From Okamejei kenojei (taxonomy: Eukaryota), in NCBI GenBank assembly GCA_035221665.1, contig CM069166.1, positions 1,488,001 to 1,552,000 of the forward strand: DNA of 64,000 nucleotides, in the 5' to 3' direction. Every line of letters starts with the position of its first letter. Position 1 is the first letter of the stretch. The translations under genes were made by a program, and so were the position numbers. Positions 56,107-64,000 of the stretch are shown here, piece by piece. The notes below the pieces were generated by a model that was given only the letters and a program-made list of their open reading frames with translations, did not search any database and was not told where the DNA came from.

Positions 56107-56849
56107 TTTGTACCTTGGGAACCACAACTGTACTAAAACACCTATTGTTCATTAACCAAAAAATCATTTTCCGCAAAATAACAAGAATTGCAAAGTAAAG
56201 TGATTATGTAAAAATCCTAGACAATTAACTATACTATGCTCTGTTGACTTGGAAACATACTCCAACTCAGCCTTGCACTATTTTATTATTAAAATGTCTA
56301 TATCCAATTGCAGAGCAGGTTTAAAAGTTAAAATATGATTGTCCATGTTGTTGGAAAGACCTTGTTAAACCAATGCCAAAATGGTCTCGACCCGAAACGT
56401 CGCCTATCTCCTTCGCTCCTTAGATGCTGCTGCACCCGCTGAGTTTCTCCAGCTTTTTGTGTACCCGCCAAAATGATTTAATCTGGTTTCTTTTCACTCT
56501 CCATCTGCTCTTAGGCTATAATCCCCAACAGACCAGCTGTCAGCCTTCAGAGATTTAAGAACATTGTCTCCAAAACAAGCTATTGGTTCCACTCCCACAC
56601 TGGAGCAGAGAATTTGGGTTCTGCTCAAAGAATATTTTTTTGTAGGGATGCTGCCTTTATCCAGAGACATCAAAACCATCCCCCAGGTAGGGGCTGAAGA
56701 ATCCAGGGAAGGAAGCAAGTTGTTTGCGACAATGTTTACTGTTGGGAACTTTCTGTGCAAATACTGTGGCTGCCTCTCATTGAGGTGATGGGGAAGACCC
56801 ACAATGGGGAAAGTGTGGAACAGATGCCTTTAGAGTGAAACCACCCTCA

Positions 56850-57553
56850 CCAGTTTGCCTAAGCCTACATAATCTCCCGGTTGCTGAACACTTTGACTCC
56901 CCTTCCCATTCTGACCTTTCTGTCCTGGGCCCCCTCCATTGCCAGAGTGAGACCCAATGCAAATTGGAGGATCAGCACCTCATATTTAGCTTGGGAAGCT
57001 TACAATCCAGCGGTATGAATATTGATTTCTCTAACTTCAAGTAACTGTGGCTTTCCCTTTCTCTCCGTCCCTCTCTCATCCTAATTCTCCAACTCGTGTC
57101 ACTGTCCTACTGTTTAATTTCCATGATTGTATGCCATCTTGTCACCTTCGCCATAGCCAACAATGAACCAATCTGTGTAGGAAAGAACTGCAGATACTGG
57201 TTTAAATCAAAGGTAGATACAAAATGCTGGAGTAACTCAGCAGGACAGGCAGCATCTATGAAGAGAAGGAATTCTGAAGTAGGGTCTCGACCCTAAACAT
57301 CACCCATTCCTTCTCTCCAGAGTTGCTGCCTGTCCCGCTGAGTTACTCCAGCATCTTGTGTCTACCTTCGAAATGAACCATTCTACATTTCTTAATCATC
57401 ACTTGCTTTGATCTGTCGTTTTCACACCTTATCCTTCAATATCTGTTTCCCTCTCCCCTGACTCTCAGTCTGAAAGGTCTCGGCTCTAAGCATCACCCAT
57501 TCCTTCTCTCCAGAAATGCTGCCTGACCCGCTGAGTTACTCCAGCATTTTGTC
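56850..57553 (+). mobile_element. Penelope-like element 3' end: GIY-YIG endonuclease C-terminus plus terminal repeats, with a nested fold-back derivative at 57171-57371
   Basis: LPVAEHFDSPSHSDLSVLGPLHCQSETQCKLEDQHLIFSLGSLQSSGMNIDFSNFK matches the PLE GIY-YIG end pattern (VAxHF...H...E...I..L....P.G.N). The nested insert is flanked by aatgaacca (57162-70, 57372-80). Confidence 0.8.
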
Positions 57554-57940
57554 TCTCCCTCCCCCCAGTATTTAGTGTCTCTCCCTCCCCCCAGTATTTA
57601 GTGTCTCTCCCTCCCCCCAGTATTTAGTGTCTCTCTCCCCCCAGTATTTAGTGTCTCTCTCCCTCCCCCCAGCATTTAGTGTCTCCCCTCCCCCCAGTAT
57701 TTAGTGCCTCTCCCCCCAGTATTTAGTCTCTCTCTCCCTCCCCCCAGCATTTAGTTTCTCTCCCTCCCCCCAGTATTTAGTCACTCTCTCCCTCCCCCCA
57801 GTATTTAGTGTCTCTCCCTCCCCCCCAGTATTTAGTTTCTCTCTCCCTCCCCCCCCTCTCTCCCTCCCCCCCAGTATTTAGTGTCTCTCCCTCCCCCTCC
57901 CCCTCCCCCCAGTATTTAGTGTCTCTCTCCCCCTCCCCCA
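57541..57940. repeat. Minisatellite of ~25-30-bp units (ccccccagtatttagtgtctctccct), roughly 13 copies; G-rich on the gene's sense strand
   Basis: Directly visible tandem array. Confidence 0.92.
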
Positions 57941-57966
57941 TTGATCAACCCCCGCCCGGAACGCAC

Positions 57967-58075
57967 CGGTTTCGATCTCCTGAGCCTTGTGGTGGTGGTC
58001 CTTGTAGACGATGCTGGGGCTGCTGCTGTTGCTGTCCTTGTTCCACTCGCGGCTCGTCAGCCGCCAGAGCTTCAT
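57967..58075 (-). CDS. First coding exon (MKLWRLTSREWNKDSNSSSPSIVYKDHHHKAQEIET + 1 nt, phase 1) of an unidentified gene
   Basis: ATG (-3 G) in the CpG island, strong G/C third-position codon bias (AAG CTC TGG CGG CTG ACG AGC CGC GAG), and a donor ACCG|gtgcgt at the island edge. Confidence 0.68.
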
Positions 58076-58137
58076 CTCACCTTCGCCTCGTCCCCCCCTC
58101 TCAGCGGCGCCGGCGGGAGCAGCGGCCCGCCTACAGG

Positions 58138-58209
58138 CTACGGCCGACGGAGCGAGGGGCGGCGCCGAGCGAGCGAGCGAGGCGTGCGGGGGGAGGAGGC
58201 CGTGCCCAT
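58138..58209 (-). other. Upstream ORF (MGTASSPRTPRSLARRRPSLRRP*) in the putative 5' leader
   Basis: gccgccaacATGG is a near-optimal Kozak context. TAG at 58140-58138 lies 62 nt upstream of the main ATG. Confidence 0.45.
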
Positions 58210-58796
58210 GTTGGCGGCGCCGACACCCGCGGCCCACTCAGGCTCCGGCCTCCGCTAGGCCCCACAATACCGGTCGCCACGGCGACGGCCACGGCCACCG
58301 CCATTGGCTGACATGCCACCGCGTCACCCCTGCCCCGCCCACTTCCCCCACCGATTGGATGAGCGCGCGTCAATCACCCTCAAGGCCCCGCCCCAACGCG
58401 TCACGTAACCCGTAGTCCCGCCCCCAGGTGAAGGCTGCCCTTTCTTCTTGTCAATGAGGGCAAGATATTTATTTTATTTATTCCTTGTTTTGGGGGCAAT
58501 GCAACTGCCGCCGACAAGGGCCGGCTTTCACTTATTCATTCATAACTTCCCTTCAAACTGCGGCTTAAACTTCAGAGGTTGGCCGTATCACAAATCACCA
58601 TAGACACAAAATTGGAATGTGTTCAGGGAAGCAACCACAGGCCTCCATGAATATACAGACATGAATGAATAAGTGCTATTCTTAATGTTTCAATGCTTTA
58701 TGTTTTATTCTTAATGGTTTACTGTGTGTCATGTTGTTACTTGTGAGCAGAGCACCAAGGCAATAGACAATACACAATAGGTGCAGGAGTAGGCCA

Positions 58797-58850
58797 GGGG
58801 TGAGAGTTTGCAACCTTCACGTGGTCCGCCCTGTTTCGACAAATGCAATC
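58797..58850 (+). ncRNA. Minimal HDV/CPEB3-like ribozyme, mutated copy (54 nt)
   Basis: GGGGUGA-GA-GUUUGCA-ACC-UUCACGU-GGU-CCGCCCU-GU-UUCGA-CAAA-UGCAAUC; catalytic-position C at 58840 retained. Confidence 0.72.
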
Positions 58851-58919
58851 AACCTGGCGTGCACAATCAAATAGAACAAGTTGTCCTACAACTTCAGGCT
58901 GTGCACACCATACGCAAGA
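58797..58919 (+). mobile_element. HDV-like-ribozyme short retroelement, copy C (full length, 5' end flush with TSD)
   Basis: TSD agtaggcca at 58788-58796 and 58920-58928. Inserted in a CR1 3' UTR. Confidence 0.9.
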
Positions 58920-60133
58920 AGTAGGCCATTCGATCCAAGCCAGCACCGCCATTCAATGTGATCATGGCTGATCATCCCCAATCAGTACCCCGTTCCTGCC
59001 TTCTCCCCATATCCCGACTCTGCTATTTTTAAGAGCCCTATCTAGTTCTCTTTAAAGTATCCAGAGAACCAGCCTCCACCGCCCTCTGAGGCAGAGAATT
59101 CCACAGACTCACAACTCTGAGGAAAAAGTGTTTCCTCATCTCCGTTCTAAATGGCTTTCCCCTTATTCTTAAACTGTGGCCCCTGGTTCTGGACTCTAAC
59201 ATTGGGAACAAGTTTCCTACCTCTAGCAAGTTCAAACCCTTAATAATCTTATGTTTCAATACAATCCCCTCTCATCCTTCTAAACTCCAGAGTATACAAG
59301 CCTAGTCGCTCCATTCTCTCAGCATGACAGTCCCGCCAGCCCGGGAATTAACCTTGTAAACCTACGCTGCACTCCCTCAATACCAAGGACACCCTTCCTC
59401 AAATTAGGGAACCAAAACTGCACACAATACTCCATCTGTGGACTCACTGGGGCCCTATACATCTGCAGAAGGACCTCTTTTCTCCTATACTCAACTCCTC
59501 TTGTTATAAAGGCCAACATGACATTCACTTTCTTCATGCCCTGCCGTACCTGCATGTTTACTTTCATTGACTGATGAACTAGGACCCCCAGATGCCATTG
59601 TACTTTCCTTTTCCCAACTTAACACCATTTAGATTGGGAGCAAAAACAGGAAGGCAGATTACAAAGTGGATAACCTCACATTTATCCACATTAAACTGCA
59701 TCTGCCATGCAGTTTAATGTGGATAAATGTGAGGTGATCCACTTTGGTAGCAAATTCTTTGTAGGTGTACATACTTGGCCAATAAACTTGTTCATTCATT
59801 CATTCATATGCCAGCTTTTGTGAGGACAGTTGCATTCCCACTAGGACCCAGACAAGGTTCAACAACAACAAGCCTTAGTTTATAGCAGAACTCAAGACAG
59901 CTCTGCCAGTCTAAAGATGACATACAGGAGCAGGGATGCAGACCTCTACAGGCAGGCAAAGTACAAGCTGAGGAATCAGAGCTGCCAAAGAAAGGCACTG
60001 AGAAGTTGAGGAGCACGTTTGCAGTTAATGACTCATCTCCAGTGTGGAAGAGCTTGTAAGAAATCACCAGCAACAAGAGGAAGCCCACCCTCCCCCCCCC
60101 CCCCCACTTCCTCCTTGGACAATCGTCAGCTGA

Positions 60134-60420
60134 CTCCAAAGTCCCTTTGCACCTCCAATTTCTGAATTCTCTCCCATTTAGAAAATAGTCTACACTTTTA
60201 TTCCTACTACCAAAATGCATGACTCCACACTTTGCTGTGCTGTATTCCTTCTGCCACTTTCCCAACCTGTCCAAGTCCTTCTGCAGGGTTTCTGTTTTCT
60301 CTACACTACCTCCCCCTCGACCTATCGTCATTTAATCTGCAAAATTTCAATTTCCTCATCTCAGCCAAATCATTTCACAACGTGAAGAGTAGCGGCCCAA
60401 GCACCGAGCCCTGCGGAACT
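60134..60420 (-). mobile_element. CR1 LINE RT fragment (different subfamily)
   Basis: Translation LQKDLDRLGKWQKEYSTAKCGVMHFGSRNKSVDYFLNG, with an SVPQGSVLGP-like motif near 60390-60420. Confidence 0.8.
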
Positions 60421-61789
60421 GATGCCGCTCTTTGTGATTAATGCGCTGACATCATGTCTTCAGCCAGTCAACGATGCTTTGGCTCAAGACATCAAGATGC
60501 TTTGCCTCTTAGCATAACATCTTCAGTCAGCCATTAGCACTATGCTTCAACCATTTTGATATCATATTCTTCTCTTCACCATTTTCATAAAAAAAACACA
60601 ACTAAACCTGGTGTCCAGGGAGCAGCATAGCCCATCAGGAGAATAGCCCAGGGTTAACCCAATAGTCTAGTGAGCAGTCCAATCCATCAGAAGAATCCCA
60701 CATAAGTAATTTAACAACCATTACTTACCTAATTCTTCATATTCAGCTCTGTCCATCAGAAGAATGGTTAACCAATGGAAAGAAGCCTTGGCAAGCCGTA
60801 GTGTTTTAGCTGGTTAAACTCTGATAATGCTGGTTCAGGGTGCCTAAATTCTATAAACTTGTATCTAAGCCCTCTGAACTCTATGGAGAGAGACTGCATA
60901 CTCTATATTGGCCAGGAAAAGACTCCACAATTGGATGTAGATTTCTCCATAGCTTGATTGGAGACTTGAAAATGGTGCTAATTCCCATGAATGTCAGACA
61001 GCATTTGCCTATTGTCTTTCTATTACATCACAAAAAGCCAAATGGAATGTTGACCTCATCGCAAGAGGCCTGGAATGTAAAGGCTGAAAGCCATGTTACA
61101 GTTAGATAAAGCTGTTGCACCCTACTTAGGATAATGGAGTTCAGGGCACCAAATCAGGTGAAAGATATCATGGTCTTGTGGGTGTACATGGCAGATGCAC
61201 TAGATTAACCTCAGATCTATATGTTTTAAAGTATGGAAAATGTTGTATGCAGGTTTATATTGCATTGAGTATAGAAGAATATCTGGTAAAATGTCCAATG
61301 TGCCTTCACAGGATAGTTATCAAATACAATTTCGTCACCGAGTAAAATGCTTCCAAAAGATTAGTTTAATCTTTGGAAGAGACAAGCAGTTTCAGAGGAT
61401 GCCAAGAGTGGAAGACGTCGCAGAACTGGAATGGATTTGAAAATAAAAATTTGCATTTTAAAATCAAGGTACTGGCAGATTGGGAGTATAGCAAGAATGA
61501 TGGATGAACTTATGCAAGCTGGAGGACCAAGAGGTTCTGGAAAGGTTATAGCAGCATAGTAGGTCAGAGACCCTGATTTTTTTTCTCCAGAGGAATAAGA
61601 TTGGGAGTTTGGGCTTTTGATTTGCACTGTATTGGGATTTTTGATTTATTGAATTATTTTGTTTGTTATGTTATCTATTGAGTACTGCATTTACAAACCT
61701 ATTACGCTGCTGAAAGTAAGAATTTCATTGTTATATGACAATTAAACACTCTTGACTTGACGCTTGACCACGCACACCAACATTTCTCC

Positions 61790-62310
61790 CCTCTTAAAAG
61801 CCTTTGGAAGTTTGCCATGTCCCCAACAGCTCTCTCCAACTTGTGCACCCCCCGCAGACAGCATTTTATCGGGATGCACCACAGCATGGTTTTGGTACAT
61901 CTCCATTCAAGGCCTCAAGAAATCGCATAAAAATTGTGGACGCAGCCCAGACCATCACGCAAACAAGCCTCCCTTCGACTCCATCTACATTTCATGCTGC
62001 CAGCATAATCAAAGACCAGTCTCACCCCAGACACTACCTTGTATGAATGCATACTTCCAGATTCGAGGACAGTTTCTTCCACGCTGCTATCAGGCAACTG
62101 AACATCCTATCACCAACTCGAGAGCAACCCTAAACCATCTACCTATTTTGAGACCCTCGGACTGTCTCTAATTAGACTTTATCTTGCACTAAGCGTTATT
62201 CCTTTTATTGGTACACTGAACAGCTTGATTGTATCATTTATAGTCTTTTTGCTGACTAGATAGAATGCAGCAAATAAACTTCACTGTACTTCTGTACACG
62301 TGACAATAAG
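61790..62310 (+). mobile_element. Rex1/Babar-type LINE 3' remnant
   Basis: DSILSGCTTAWF, IVDAAQTITQTSLPS and AASIIKDQSHP across frameshifts. Tail tttcactgtacttctgtacacgtgacaataa. Confidence 0.75.
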
Positions 62311-62479
62311 TGAATTGGGTATTCTGAAAAACACAATAAATCATGGGAATCGCAAAGGTCACTGGCTATAAAGAAAACGCGAATGAAGCAGCAGCTGCAC
62401 AAACTGTATGTAAATTCTTATCTTTATTCATGATTTATGTGTAAACAAATATTTAATCTGAGGAATGGGGTACCAGGTA

Positions 62480-62900
62480 GCAGGAGAGCGCATGTAACAG
62501 CGAGAGGGCAGATGCCAGTGGGAGACAGGGGGGAGCATGCAGACACCCACGCCTCATCTGCAGTCCTCGCCTGGGGTGGCAGGGGGCGCCTGCTTCAGCC
62601 CAGCCCCTACTCCCGAGGAACCCATTCCTTTTCGCCGGGGATGCTGCCTATCCAGCTGAGCCTCCATTGCACCCCATGCACACCCCAGCCAATGCCAGGG
62701 AGGTTGGCTGGCCAACCTCCCCAGCGGGAGTGCACACAGCGGGCAGCATCCCCGGAGAAGTTTCGGGTCGAGACCCTTCTCCCGAGATGTTGCCTGGCCT
62801 GCAGCGGCGCCCTGGCTGGCGCTCAGCCCCCCCCCCCCAAACCTCTCCGTCGGGAGTCACAGTCTCCACCCGACCCCACGGAGCAGCACAAAGCATAAAG
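62480..62900. other. GC/CpG-enriched patch built partly from PLE-derived repeats; possible regulatory element
   Basis: Local GC is far above the flanks. Contains GC-shifted versions of the PLE repeat at ~62620-62665 and ~62738-62805. Confidence 0.45.
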
Positions 62901-64000
62901 CACTCATCTGAAACGAAGGTCTGATAACCAAAGATAGCACACAGCAGATCCGCACCCTCCAATATTTATCTCCAGTGACCTATAACCTGGACATGTGCAG
63001 TCAGAATACCAAACTCACTTATAAACAAATGATTTGAGCTTTTTAGATAGACACATTTGCTGCTATTTTGGTCCCAAAATTCTGGAATGACAATTGTCAA
63101 AACTCTAGGTTTAAAAAAAATGTTATTTCAAAAGATAAGGATTTATACAAATATAAACTTACCAAATGAAGAGTGAACGTTATCACCAGAGAATTGGTTT
63201 CTAATTGACTATGTTGTTTGTCACAGAAACTATAATCTAAAATACCAGTATTCCCAACAGGGTTAATGTGATCATGAATCTTTGAAGGAACTCCTTATAC
63301 AGGCATAGTATCACAGTACACCTTAAGACACAAATGCATTTACAAGTGCTTTTATTCAGGCAAAGACAATACAATTCTACATCACTAACATTTGTAAAAA
63401 AAGTTGCTGTTTTCAGAACCAATGTTTTATAAAGCTTATCTTTTGAATTTAAACATTTTTAATTATCTCGTCCAATAGAGTCAATGCAGGCAGGTTTGGA
63501 TCACGATTTACAAAGTACATATTAAAAGTTACAAAATAGTTTCCTCAGAAAGATTCTGAAGACAATTTCACTGGGAAGCTGATATTCATACAACCAAATT
63601 AAACTCCCAGGTTATATTACATTGAGTTGCATTGCTGGATATGGCAACTCCACATCTTTTGAAAGTTCCAAGTATCATTGCTGAGGCCACAAAGCAAGTG
63701 GCAATAGCTCGTCTAGTCAGTAGGTAACTGAAGCTCTCAAAATGACCAGCTTTTGGTTCTTGTTTAGAGGCATTAAACACATTCAACAAACCAGACTTAT
63801 CCAACCATGCCCCCTATCAAACCGGTCCTGGACTTACACAGCAGAAACAAAACCACAAACAAGTTCTGTAGTTACACATTTATTTCTGGCTAATTTACAA
63901 CAAACACCAACTGAATTTTCCCAATAACCATCATTTGGGCAAAAGAAGCCAGCTCACCATAAATCACCGATGGCAGTTATAACCACTGCAATTGCTGTGG

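Larger units (their letters stand above)
57950..58430 (-). promoter_or_regulatory. CpG-island promoter and first exon of the minus-strand gene
   Basis: Very high GC and CpG. GC boxes at 58333-40, 58386-94 and 58417-25; CCAAT (minus) at 58303-07 and 58354-58; CRE/E-box-like gcgtcacgt at 58398-58406. Confidence 0.85.
58762..59750 (-). mobile_element. CR1 LINE 3' portion with a rearranged 5' junction, inserted in a Rex-type tail element (~58670-59806)
   Basis: ORFs 59038-59259 and 59319-59567 give CR1 RT C-terminal sequence; caatagacaat tail; host element halves on both sides match 52708-52850. Confidence 0.85.

Noticed and set aside
57808-58415. Several long overlapping ORFs (+ strand 167, 105 and 134 aa; - strand 80 aa)
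   Set aside because: Stop-poor frames are expected in a CpG island and minisatellite. Only the minus-strand 58075-57967 segment shows codon bias with a start and a donor.
62437-62962. ORFs of 153, 104 and 85 aa in the GC patch
   Set aside because: They are partly translations of PLE repeat sequence (FRVETLL, GSRPETSP) in GC-rich DNA.
63000-64000. Possible 3' UTR or exons of a neighbouring gene (minus-strand AATAAA at 63351-63356)
   Set aside because: AT-rich unique sequence with no recognisable coding exon. Poly(A) hexamers occur often by chance.

Overview
Repeat-rich vertebrate genomic DNA. The CR1/HER1-type LINEs, HE1/V-SINE-type SINEs and Penelope-like elements suggest a cartilaginous fish such as a skate or ray (inference). 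Most of the window looks like the 5' intronic region of a minus-strand gene. It starts at a CpG island (~57950-58430) and appears to have several alternative coding first exons that all end in phase 1 (58075-57967, 31701-31554, 10930-10909, 6579-6555). No shared second exon was recognised in the window, and I could not name the gene. Almost all other ORF-track entries are noise or transposon remnants. The most striking result is a ~125-160-bp non-autonomous retroelement present in four copies (7804, 14940, 39997, 58797). Its 5' end folds as a minimal, essentially P4-less HDV/CPEB3-like self-cleaving ribozyme, followed by a stem-loop body and a (GAA)n tail, with target-site duplications. In one copy the element starts exactly at the predicted cleavage site. 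A second ribozyme class, minimal hammerhead motifs in Penelope-derived repeats, occurs many times. All folds and coordinates were read by eye, and repeat boundaries are approximate.
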